Below the pieces are notes generated by a model. It was not told the DNA's origin. It did no database searches and saw only the letters and a program-made list of their open reading frames with translations. This document shows, piece after piece, positions 16,522-25,051 of a DNA stretch of 29,649 nucleotides (its first letter is position 1; each line of letters opens with the position of its first letter). The stretch is taken from NCBI GenBank assembly GCA_046757165.1, contig JBHHXT010000045.1:1-29649 (forward strand), read 5' to 3'. The position numbers were made by a program, and so were the translations under genes. Source of the stretch: a bacterium. GTDB taxonomy: Bacteria; Zhuqueibacterota; Zhuqueibacteria; Oceanimicrobiales; Oceanimicrobiaceae.

Positions 16522-18405
16522 ATGGCCGAAGTTGAGAAGCAGACAAAATCAGTCAATGTAGGATGGCTGAAAAAGAATTTTCCCTGTTATTGGGCTTGTC
16601 CGGTTCATACGGAGTCGGGACGGTATGTGAATCTGATCGCCCAGGGCCGGTTTGAGAAGGCCTACCGGGTGGCGCGCGCCCCCAATCCCTTTGCTTCTAT
16701 TTGTGGTAGAATCTGCGGCGCCCCCTGTGAGACCGCTTGCCGGCGTGGTGAGCTGGACAAACCCATCGCCATCCGGGCGCTGAAACGGTTTGTGTGCGAA
16801 CGCTACGGCGTGGAAAGCATGATCGATATCCGCAAGATTTACGAAGCCCTGGGGCCAAGAATCAAACCGAAGGACCGTTGGGTCGCCATTATCGGCTCCG
16901 GCCCCGCTGGCATGTCCTGCGCCCACGACCTCGCTTTGCTGGGATACAAAGTAACGGTGTTCGAGAAGCATGACGTGCCCGGGGGCATGCTGACCCTGGG
17001 CGTGCCTGAGTACCGTCTGCCGCGCGAGCTGGTCAGAATGGAAATCAATGCCATCCTCTGTCTGGGGGTGGAGCTCAAATTGGGCAAAGCCCTGGGCCGG
17101 GACTTTACGCTGCGGGACCTGAAGGAAAGCGGGTATGAAGCGGTTTTTTTGGCCATTGGCGCCCACAAGAGCCGGGACCTGCATATCGAAGGGGTTGAGC
17201 TGGACGGGGTTCTCCGCGCCGTCGACTTTCTTTTGAATGTCAACCGGGGCTACAAAGTAGAACTCGGCGAAAAGATTGTTGTCATCGGTGGCGGAAACGT
17301 GGCCATCGACGTCGCCCGCACCGCCGCCCGGCAGGAGCGTATCGAGGAAGTTGCCTCGGACATTACCGAGGCCCTGGATGTGGCCCGTTCGGCGGTCCGC
17401 TTTGGCGCGAAGGAAGTGCACATGGTTGTGTTGGAATCACTGGCCGAGATGCCGGCGACCGAAGAAGAGATTCACGAAGCTTTGGAAGAGCGCATTTACA
17501 TTCACAACTCTCTGGGTCCAAAGCGGATTATCGGCAAAAATGGTGCGGCCACGGGCCTGGAGACCATCCGGTGTGTCTCAGTTTTTGATGAAAAGGGCAG
17601 ATTCGATCCCAAATTTGCCGAGGGTTCGGAACAGGTCATCGAGGCGGACACCATCATCATGGCCATCGGACAGACCTCGGATCTCTCCTTCCTGCATCCC
17701 GATGACGGCGTTGAGATCACGCCGCGCAACACCATCAAAATCGATCCCGAGACCCTGGCGACAACCGCTGCGGGAATCTATGCCGGCGGTGATGTCTGCT
17801 TCGGTCCCCGCCTGGCTATCGATGCTATCGCAGACGGACGCCGGGTTGCCCGCTCCATCGATGAATTCCTCACCGGCGAGAAGCAGGAAGACAAGAAGAT
17901 CCATATCAGGGTCTATGATTCCTATGAATACGAACAACCGTCCGATTTCGAGAAGCTCGATCGCGTGCCCATTCCAGCATTGCCGATTGACCGCCGGGTC
18001 GGCGTGGCGCAAGTGGAGCTCGGGTATACCGAAGAGCAGGCCATGCTGGAAGCCAGACGGTGTCTGCGGTGCTGGATCAACACGGTTTTCGAGGGGCGGG
18101 AAGAAACCGGCTCCGAATGCATTCTCTGCGGCGGCTGTGTCGATATCTGCCCGCAGAATTGCATTGCATTGGTTCCGCTGCATCGGCTGGTCAGTGACCC
18201 CGCAACGATGGCAGAATTGGAACAATCTGAAGACTTTCTGTTGGGTCGCGGCCGCACCACCACGGGCGAAGAGGTCGAGGGAGCGGTGATGCTGAAGGAC
18301 GAAATCATCTGTATCCGCTGTGGGCTTTGCGCCAAACGGTGTCCTGTGGACTGTATCAAGATGGAGGGATTTGAAATCGAGGAGAAAGTCGCATATGAAG
18401 GATAA
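16522..18405 (+). CDS. FAD-dependent NAD(P) oxidoreductase with Fe-S clusters (GltD/NfnB/DsrL-like)
   Basis: PCYWACP, CGRIC..PCETAC, GSGPAG, GGGNVA, GGD, RRCLRC and two C-terminal CxxCxxCxxxCP motifs; no signal peptide. ATG 16522 preferred to TTG 16507. Confidence 0.92.
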   Translation: MAEVEKQTKSVNVGWLKKNFPCYWACPVHTESGRYVNLIAQGRFEKAYRVARAPNPFASICGRICGAPCETACRRGELDKPIAIRALKRFVCERYGVESMIDIRKIYEALGPRIKPKDRWVAIIGSGPAGMSCAHDLALLGYKVTVFEKHDVPGGMLTLGVPEYRLPRELVRMEINAILCLGVELKLGKALGRDFTLRDLKESGYEAVFLAIGAHKSRDLHIEGVELDGVLRAVDFLLNVNRGYKVELGEKIVVIGGGNVAIDVARTAARQERIEEVASDITEALDVARSAVRFGAKEVHMVVLESLAEMPATEEEIHEALEERIYIHNSLGPKRIIGKNGAATGLETIRCVSVFDEKGRFDPKFAEGSEQVIEADTIIMAIGQTSDLSFLHPDDGVEITPRNTIKIDPETLATTAAGIYAGGDVCFGPRLAIDAIADGRRVARSIDEFLTGEKQEDKKIHIRVYDSYEYEQPSDFEKLDRVPIPALPIDRRVGVAQVELGYTEEQAMLEARRCLRCWINTVFEGREETGSECILCGGCVDICPQNCIALVPLHRLVSDPATMAELEQSEDFLLGRGRTTTGEEVEGAVMLKDEIICIRCGLCAKRCPVDCIKMEGFEIEEKVAYEG

Positions 18406-18889
18406 GGACAGAGACGATGCAAACCCGAAAAAGGTGGTCATGTCCCGCCGGGATTTCTTGAATACCCTGGGGACCAGCGCGCTGGTGGTGAGTGGTCTTG
18501 GGGCGACGGCCGTGAGCTGGGATTATCTTTCTCCCAAGGTGTTGTTCGAACCGCCATTGAGGTTCCGTGTGGGTAAGCCGGAAGATTACGCCCCGGGCAC
18601 GGTCACTCTGGATTCGCAAAAGAAGATCTTCATCTTGCGGGATGAGCAGGGCTACTTTACCTGTCTTTCTGCTGTTTGCACGCACCTCGGCTGTTTGACC
18701 TTCTGGAAGGGCGATGAACGCCTCATCGCCTGTCCGTGTCATGGCAGCCGGTTTGCGAAGGATGGCGAGGTGACGAAGCAGCCGGCGCCCCGCCCCTTAC
18801 CGCATTTGCTCATCACCCTGGACGACCGGGGGCATCTGGTGGTCGACAAAAGTGAACGGGTAAACGAAGACTACATACTCAAGGTCTAA
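18395..18889 (+). CDS. Rieske 2Fe-2S subunit of a Rieske/cytochrome b complex
   Basis: Tat motif SRRDFL plus TM; CTHLGC and CPCHGS boxes; PAPRPL. GAGGAG RBS before ATG 18395. Confidence 0.95.
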   Translation: MKDKDRDDANPKKVVMSRRDFLNTLGTSALVVSGLGATAVSWDYLSPKVLFEPPLRFRVGKPEDYAPGTVTLDSQKKIFILRDEQGYFTCLSAVCTHLGCLTFWKGDERLIACPCHGSRFAKDGEVTKQPAPRPLPHLLITLDDRGHLVVDKSERVNEDYILKV

Positions 18890-18893
18890 GATC

Positions 18894-19670
18894 ATGCCGA
18901 ATCGATTAACTGAAAAAATCGTGCAGTCGAAAGCATGGAAGTCCATTTTCAGAACCGGTTTTCCAGAATCGAATCTTGACAAATCACGGTTGATCTTCAA
19001 CAACTTTTTCTTTCATGTTTTTCCAGTCAAAGTTCGGCGGGCGTCATTGAGGTTTTCGGCCACATACTATCTGGGAATCACCGCTTTTGCCTTGTTTGTT
19101 CTTCTGGTGATCACGGGCATCTATCTCATGCTTTATTATCACCCCTCGGTGCCGCAGGCTTACCGCGATATGAAGGATCTCGAGTTTGTGGTGTCAAGCG
19201 GCAAGTTCATTCGCAATTTTCATCGCTGGGCTGCCCACGGCATGGTGGCTGTTGTGTTTTTGCATCTGCTGCGGGTCTTCTACGCCGGGGCGTACCGTCC
19301 GCCCAAACAGTTCAACTGGGTCGTGGGTGTGGTGTTGTTTTTGTTGACCTTGTTGCTCAGCTACACCGGCTATCTGCTGCCCTGGGATCAGCTCGCGCTC
19401 TGGGGGATATCTGTGGGCACCAACATGCTGGGCTACGCGCCATTGTTAGGGGAAAAGCTTCGCTTTCTTCTTCTCGGCGGCAATATTGTCGGAGAGAACG
19501 CCGTGCTGCGCTTCTATGTTTTACACGTGTTCATCCTGCCGCTGGTGATGACGATTTTGCTCGGTGTACACTTCTGGCGCGTGCGCAAGGACGGCGGAAT
19601 TACCCCCCTAATTCTGAAGAAACCAAATTCCGAATCCCAAACCTCGACGAGCGTCGAGAGTGGAGAGTAG
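18894..19670 (+). CDS. Cytochrome b6-like N-terminal subunit (PetB/QcrB-like)
   Basis: HRWAAH...[19 protein letters not shown] and RFYVLH-x14-HF. Confidence 0.95.
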   Translation: MPNRLTEKIVQSKAWKSIFRTGFPESNLDKSRLIFNNFFFHVFPVKVRRASLRFSATYYLGITAFALFVLLVITGIYLMLYYHPSVPQAYRDMKDLEFVVSSGKFIRNFHRWAAHGMVAVVFLHLLRVFYAGAYRPPKQFNWVVGVVLFLLTLLLSYTGYLLPWDQLALWGISVGTNMLGYAPLLGEKLRFLLLGGNIVGENAVLRFYVLHVFILPLVMTILLGVHFWRVRKDGGITPLILKKPNSESQTSTSVESGE

Positions 19671-19748
19671 AGCGTGCTCCTGCGCTCCTCCCGCCCTGAG
19701 ATTTTTGGATTTGGCTCAGTGGGAGTTGAGATTTTATGAGGAATCATC

Positions 19749-20453
19749 ATGAATCAAAACCAGGACCATAAACTCGAAGAGACCGTTGACCCGGCCACGG
19801 TGCCGAAACGAGTCGCCTTCATCAAAAAGGAATCCAGCGCCACGGTTCAGGCTGAGGACGTCGACGAGGTCATGAGCTATCCCGATCTGTTATGGCCGCT
19901 CCTGATCGGCTTCGAAATTCTGGTCATCGTGCTGGCGGGTATCTCCCTGGCGGTAGACGCGCCGCTGGAAGAGCTGGCGAACCCGGAACATACTCCCAAC
20001 CCGGCGAAAGCCCCCTGGTATTTCCTGGGGCTTCAGGAGCTCCTGCACCTGTTTCCACCTTTTGTGGCGGGAGTTCTCATCCCAACTCTGGTGGTCGTCG
20101 CCCTCATCGTGATCCCGTACTTTGAGATCAATATCAAACGAGAGGGGCTCTGGCGAAGTACGCCGCGGACGACATTTGTGGGGCTAACCAGCATGGTCGT
20201 GGCGCTGGCTGTTGTCCTGGCTGTATTTGACGCCTTCTCTATTCTCATCCCGACGGTTTTGATCTACCTCTGTATGGTTTGGCCTTACTTTACGAAAAGA
20301 GAAACGGGATTGGTCGGCTGGTTTGGGCGGTTATCTTTGGCGGAGTGGATTATGACCTGGTTTGTCCTGCAGGCGGCCACATTGACCCTGATCGGCATTT
20401 TGTTCCGGGGCCCGGGCTGGGAATGGACCTGGCCCTGGCATGGAATCTATTAG
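19749..20453 (+). CDS. Cytochrome b6 subunit IV-like protein (PetD-like)
   Basis: APLEELANPEHTPNPAKAPWYFLGLQELL (PEWY-equivalent region) and several TM helices. Confidence 0.9.
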   Translation: MNQNQDHKLEETVDPATVPKRVAFIKKESSATVQAEDVDEVMSYPDLLWPLLIGFEILVIVLAGISLAVDAPLEELANPEHTPNPAKAPWYFLGLQELLHLFPPFVAGVLIPTLVVVALIVIPYFEINIKREGLWRSTPRTTFVGLTSMVVALAVVLAVFDAFSILIPTVLIYLCMVWPYFTKRETGLVGWFGRLSLAEWIMTWFVLQAATLTLIGILFRGPGWEWTWPWHGIY

Positions 20454-20538
20454 CTACGAGTCGGAAGTCAGAAACGCTACGGAATCAATTGGAACGTAAG
20501 AGCGAAAGCTTGAATGGAAGACTCCTCAGGATGAAGCA

Positions 20539-22506
20539 ATGGATACGAGAAAATTGAATAAGCTCTACGCAACGACCAGTCTACTCTTTTTGGTTGTGTT
20601 GGCTATCTCCCCGGCCAAAGACTATTTCGCAGAATGGCGTGCCTATCAGAAAGAATACAACCGACTTCTGGCAGAGCAGCCGCGCAGGTTCAAGCCTGCT
20701 GCCCTCGGAATCAAACAGATCTGGAACAAAGACCTGGATCGGGTAGACCGGTGTTCCTCCTGCCATCTGGGCGTGGAAGGCGCCGGGCTGATTGGCGCCG
20801 AACAGCCGTTCCTGCCCCATCCCGGCGTCTATCATGACTTGAACGAATTTGGCTGCACCGTGTGTCATCAGGGACAGGGATTGGCCACCACCAGGGAGAA
20901 GGCCCATGATGGCCGGCCGTACTGGGAGGAACCCCTCCTTCCGAGAGAAAACCTGGAAGCGAGCTGTGGGAAATGTCACAAAGAAGCCAGCGTACCGGAT
21001 GCGCCGGTGCTCAGCCGCGGGAGGGAACTGATCGAAGAATACAACTGTGCGGGATGCCACAAGATCGGTCATCTCACCAAAGAATATGCCCCGCGTTTGG
21101 ATGGCATCGGCGACAAAACGACGCGCACCTGGCTGGTACGCTGGCTCAAGAATCCCAAAGCCATCCAACCCGAAACCAGGATGCCTGATTTTGATCTCAG
21201 CGACAAAGAAGTACAACTGCTGGCAGACTTTCTGATGACGTTCAAGGAATATCCAAACAAAAAACAGTTGCAGCCGTTGCCGCCTGAGCTCTTGCAAGAG
21301 TATCCGCCCGACGACTGGGTAGAGATGGGCAAGGCACGCTTCCGGCAAGCGCGCTGCATCAGTTGTCATCTGGTCGAGGGCCGGGGCGGCCCCCTGGCGC
21401 CGGATTTGGCGAAAATCGCCAGCAAAGCCAAACCCGCCTGGCTGTATTCGTATCTGCTCGATCCCAGGGGCTTTCAACCCAAGGTAGAGATGCCACAGTA
21501 CGGATTCACGTCTGAGGAGGCGCAGAAAATCACCGCCTACATGATGAGCGAGTTCGTGGACTGGGATGCACCGGAAGATACGCTCGAACACACCCCGGAA
21601 TTGAACTTCTACGAAAAAGGCCTGGCGCTCTACAACAAGTACAATTGCGGCGGATGTCATGAGCTCAGCGGCATCCAGAAGGTGGAGAACATGGGGCCAG
21701 ATTTGACGAACATGGGTGAACGCCATCTCTATCAACTGGAATTTGGGCACACAGACATCCCTCACACCTTGCCAGCGTACATCTATAACAAGTTGAAAAA
21801 CCCGCGCGAGTTTCTGGAGACATCGAGGATGCCGGTGTACGGGTTCAGCGAAGAAGAACTGCAGGCTCTGACCACCGCACTCTTGGCGATGACCACACAC
21901 CCCGTGCCGCAGAAATATGTGGTTCAACAGGAAGCTCCCACCACTTATGAGCCCCAGGGAGAATTCGGCCACATCGTGGAGAAGTACGCTTGCTTCTCCT
22001 GCCACACGATCTATGGACGTGGCTTTCGCCTGGCGACGGATTTGACCAGAGAAGGGAGCCTGGCGCAAAAACAATGGCTGAAGGATTACTTCAAAGTCCC
22101 GTATTCAATGCGTCCGATCCTCACCGAGCGTATGCCTAATCTCTTCATGTCTGACGACGAAATCCAGACAGTTTTGGACTATTCTGATCTGGTGTTGCGC
22201 GACGACGCCATTGATACCTTGCAGATCGACTTAGACAACTCAGCGTTGCTCGGGGAAGGTGAAAGGTTGTTTCACGAAACATACGGGTGCCAGTCCTGCC
22301 ACCAGGTGAAGGGGAAAGGTGGCTACGTCGGCCCGCTCCTGGATATGACCGGTCAGAGACTCACTGCAGGGTGGGTCTATCAATGGATCCGGAATCCTCA
22401 AAAATACTTGCCGGATACCATCGATCCAAACGCCGGCCTGTCTGACCACGACGCGCGGGCGATCACCGCCTATTTGATGAGTTTGAAAGGAGAGAAGTCC
22501 AAATGA
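20539..22506 (+). CDS. Membrane-anchored octaheme cytochrome c
   Basis: Eight CxxCH motifs: CSSCH, CTVCH, CGKCH, CAGCH, CISCH, CGGCH, CFSCH, CQSCH. N-terminal anchor. Confidence 0.93.
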   Translation: MDTRKLNKLYATTSLLFLVVLAISPAKDYFAEWRAYQKEYNRLLAEQPRRFKPAALGIKQIWNKDLDRVDRCSSCHLGVEGAGLIGAEQPFLPHPGVYHDLNEFGCTVCHQGQGLATTREKAHDGRPYWEEPLLPRENLEASCGKCHKEASVPDAPVLSRGRELIEEYNCAGCHKIGHLTKEYAPRLDGIGDKTTRTWLVRWLKNPKAIQPETRMPDFDLSDKEVQLLADFLMTFKEYPNKKQLQPLPPELLQEYPPDDWVEMGKARFRQARCISCHLVEGRGGPLAPDLAKIASKAKPAWLYSYLLDPRGFQPKVEMPQYGFTSEEAQKITAYMMSEFVDWDAPEDTLEHTPELNFYEKGLALYNKYNCGGCHELSGIQKVENMGPDLTNMGERHLYQLEFGHTDIPHTLPAYIYNKLKNPREFLETSRMPVYGFSEEELQALTTALLAMTTHPVPQKYVVQQEAPTTYEPQGEFGHIVEKYACFSCHTIYGRGFRLATDLTREGSLAQKQWLKDYFKVPYSMRPILTERMPNLFMSDDEIQTVLDYSDLVLRDDAIDTLQIDLDNSALLGEGERLFHETYGCQSCHQVKGKGGYVGPLLDMTGQRLTAGWVYQWIRNPQKYLPDTIDPNAGLSDHDARAITAYLMSLKGEKSK

Positions 22507-22958
22507 ACTGGTTGGTTAGATCCGCACTTGCCGCCTGCTTGATTCTGGCACCGGGCTGCCGACAGCATCGAACAGTCGATGAAGCGGAAGGCATCGCTCC
22601 GGATTCGTCCATGATCCACCTGACGGATGAAGCAGCTCAGGCAGAGACCGCTCCGAAGCCGCCACTTTTGACCTACACGCAACAAAAAGGCAAGCGCCTC
22701 TATGACCACTATTGTGCAGTCTGTCACGGGTTCGAGGGCAAAGGGGATGGCTTCAATGCTTACAACCTGGACCCGAGACCGAAAGACATGACAGAAGAAA
22801 GCTATCTGAAGGCGGTCACCGACAAGTGGCTGATCGAGGCCATCAGCGAGGGGGGACGGGGCGTGAAGCGGTCTACCTTGATGCCATCGTATGAGAACAC
22901 GCTTTCCAGAGAGCAGGTCGCGGATATTGTGACCTATTTACGTGCTTTCGAAAGGTAA
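22503..22958 (+). CDS. Monoheme cytochrome c, probable lipoprotein
   Basis: LILAPGC lipobox-like sequence, CAVCH and distal LMPSY; ATGA overlap with the previous gene. Confidence 0.9.
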   Translation: MNWLVRSALAACLILAPGCRQHRTVDEAEGIAPDSSMIHLTDEAAQAETAPKPPLLTYTQQKGKRLYDHYCAVCHGFEGKGDGFNAYNLDPRPKDMTEESYLKAVTDKWLIEAISEGGRGVKRSTLMPSYENTLSREQVADIVTYLRAFER

Positions 22959-23181
22959 GAGCTTACGAACAATAGTGCTCGTGATGAATGAGCCTTACCC
23001 CTTGACGGGGTTCTCGATCTCCCGGCCCGTCCCACCACCAAGCAGTATGCGCCACCCTGTCCCGATTCGCTACACTCCCCAATCTGGTCCCTCACTCCAT
23101 TTTCTTCCTTAGTTATGACGCTATCTTATTAAGTTTACAAAAGTTAATTCATTCGACCAGCTTCATACTCTCCACCTCCCT

Positions 23182-23218
23182 TGTTGTGAAACATTACAAT
23201 TTGTCCTGATTCATGACA
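23182..23218. promoter_or_regulatory. Tandem TGT-N11-ACA candidate enhancer sites
   Basis: TGTTGTGAAACATTACA (23182) and TGTCCTGATTCATGACA (23202) are 20 bp apart; a third similar site, TGTCCCGATTCGCTACA, is at 23058. Confidence 0.5.
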
Positions 23219-23318
23219 GTCATCATGAACTTCGCTGAGTCCATTGCACCTATTTGCCTGATGGAGTTTCATCAGTAACTATCTGTAATTAAAAAAGATA
23301 AGGTGACATGCTACTTTG

Positions 23319-23335
23319 TTGGCATTCGCTTTGCC
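23319..23335 (+). promoter_or_regulatory. Sigma54 -24/-12 promoter
   Basis: TTGGCATTCGCTTTGCC is a near-consensus TGGCA-N6-TTGC with GG-N10-GC spacing. Confidence 0.75.
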
Positions 23336-23362
23336 TATTCTCATGTGCGCTCACTTCGGAGC

Positions 23363-23782
23363 ATGCAACCATCGTTCTTATTTGATTTGGTGAAAAGAGT
23401 GAAGAGAGTTCTAGTTGTCAGTGATGATCGGGATGGTGCCGTAGAGCTATTGAATGCGCTCACGGCTTCTAACGTCAGCTATTATGTGGTGACAACAGCC
23501 AGGGCTTGTCTTGAAATCGTCGAGGACAGAGAGATTTGTGCCGCTATCATTGATAATTCTATTATGGATATTCAAGGACAAAGGCTGCTGGATCTGGTGC
23601 TCCAGGTGAAACCCGAAATAGAGGTGATATTTGTCAACGGTGGCGATGACGAGGCTGTGGAGCCTCAGGTGCGTCAATTGGGGGTACTTTACTATGCTTC
23701 AGACTTGAGAGACCGAAAGATCGTTCACATTGTCGCTCAGTTAATCTCGCAGAACGGCTATTTTCCCAGGACTTGCAGATGA
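23363..23782 (+). CDS. Stand-alone (atypical) response-regulator receiver protein
   Basis: RVLVVSDD, AAIID, 'G..LL......PEIEVIFV' pattern. The ORF-track start at 23303 lies upstream of the sigma54 motif, so 23363 or 23390 is more likely. Confidence 0.7.
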   Translation: MQPSFLFDLVKRVKRVLVVSDDRDGAVELLNALTASNVSYYVVTTARACLEIVEDREICAAIIDNSIMDIQGQRLLDLVLQVKPEIEVIFVNGGDDEAVEPQVRQLGVLYYASDLRDRKIVHIVAQLISQNGYFPRTCR

Positions 23783-23850
23783 CAGCTCAAACTTGCACCA
23801 TCGACCTACTGTCTTTTTCCAGGCGTTCACTCCTCAGGAGGAGGAAAACA

Positions 23851-23997
23851 ATGAATTTTGGCTATCGTAAGGACGGCCTGCCTGTGGTCGCGCTGCTGAA
23901 GAGAATCAAGGGCGACCCTACGACCAAACTCAAGTTACTCCTGGAGACGGCGAGAATCACACTCTCGGTTGCGAGAGGCAAAACCGGGAGACGCTAA
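23851..23997 (+). CDS. Possible 48-aa small basic protein
   Basis: Very strong RBS AGGAGGAGG 6 nt before ATG 23851; no recognisable motif. Confidence 0.4.
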   Translation: MNFGYRKDGLPVVALLKRIKGDPTTKLKLLLETARITLSVARGKTGRR

Positions 23998-24028
23998 AGC
24001 AAAAAGCCAAGGGGGTAGGAGGAGAAGA

Positions 24029-24985
24029 ATGAAAAAGTCGGCACTCCTGTGCTCGGTTCCCGCAGTTCTCTTCATAACCTGGCTGGCGAGCTGTAGTCAC
24101 GAAAAACCCACCGAACCGGCGCCATTTGCGTCTGCGTCGGAATGGGTCGCCAATGTGAATTGGGACAAGAAGATGGAAGTCGTGGTCAACATGATTGAAA
24201 CTGGCGATCATCTGTCGTTTCGTCCCAACAATCTGAGTTTTGAATCCGGCCAGCCTTATGTTTTGAGGATTATCAACCCCCCCGGTAACTCCAGTAAGCA
24301 CTATTTCGCCACGGATGCCGCCCCTGACTTCTTTAAAGCGATTGCCACGCGCAAGATCCAAACCGCTGATGCTGAATATAAAGCGCCATACTTCAAAGCA
24401 GTCGAATTGCTCATCGGGGGCACCCTCGAGATCTATTTTGTTCCGGTTGTGGGCGGGACCTACGATTTTCTGTGTACGATTCCCGGCCATGCCGAAGCGG
24501 GGATGACGGGAGAGATTACGATTACCGCGGGCATCGGATATGAACTCGACCTGGAAGTTGAGCAGAATTTCGACATGGCTCTGACGACTGACCCGCGAAC
24601 ATCGGGTTCACACGCGGTCTGGTCAACTGTGGCGGCGCCGGTGGTTCAGATGGTTGAAAATGCCGATGGCTCTTTGGCTTACAACCCCACTGATCTGAAT
24701 TTGAGCAAGGACGGAGGGTACAAGATCCACATCGTGAATCCCGCTGAGAATACGAGTAAGCACTACTACACAGCATCGGAGTTTTACAAAACGGTGGTCA
24801 CCCGCAAGGCGGAGGATTCCAATGCGGAGATAAAATTTCCTTACTTGAGAGCCGTTGAGCTCTTGATTGGCGGTACAACTGAGCTTTTTGTCGTTCCAAC
24901 CGTGTCAGGAACCTTCGAGGTATTCTGCACGATTCCCGGACACAAAGAGGCGGGCATGCAGGGACACGTTATTGTTGTTCAGTAA
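24029..24985 (+). CDS. Lipoprotein with two type-1 blue-copper (cupredoxin) domains
   Basis: AGGAGG RBS, ATG 24029, lipobox LASC; two SKHY...CTIPGH.EAGM motifs. Confidence 0.9.
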   Translation: MKKSALLCSVPAVLFITWLASCSHEKPTEPAPFASASEWVANVNWDKKMEVVVNMIETGDHLSFRPNNLSFESGQPYVLRIINPPGNSSKHYFATDAAPDFFKAIATRKIQTADAEYKAPYFKAVELLIGGTLEIYFVPVVGGTYDFLCTIPGHAEAGMTGEITITAGIGYELDLEVEQNFDMALTTDPRTSGSHAVWSTVAAPVVQMVENADGSLAYNPTDLNLSKDGGYKIHIVNPAENTSKHYYTASEFYKTVVTRKAEDSNAEIKFPYLRAVELLIGGTTELFVVPTVSGTFEVFCTIPGHKEAGMQGHVIVVQ

Positions 24986-25051
24986 GCTTGTTCGGTTCCG
25001 CAGTTGTTAACGTAACAAACAACTCATTAACTAAAAGACAGGAGAGCTAAA

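Noticed and set aside
17276..18289. 337-aa alternative-frame ORF inside the oxidoreductase
   Set aside because: Ser/Pro/Arg-rich off-frame product typical of GC-biased coding DNA.
16522..18405. Calling the oxidoreductase gltD or dsrL
   Set aside because: No gltB or dsr genes nearby; it has an extra ferredoxin domain relative to GltD, and the context points to the Rieske/b complex.
20581..22074. Long minus-strand ORFs (497 aa here; also 2867..3886, 12541..13542, 16549..17421, 25130..25978)
   Set aside because: Antisense shadows of well-supported + strand genes, with no recognisable motifs.
23184..23201. Rex-like operator TTGTGAA...
   Set aside because: Only one half-site matches at the correct spacing.
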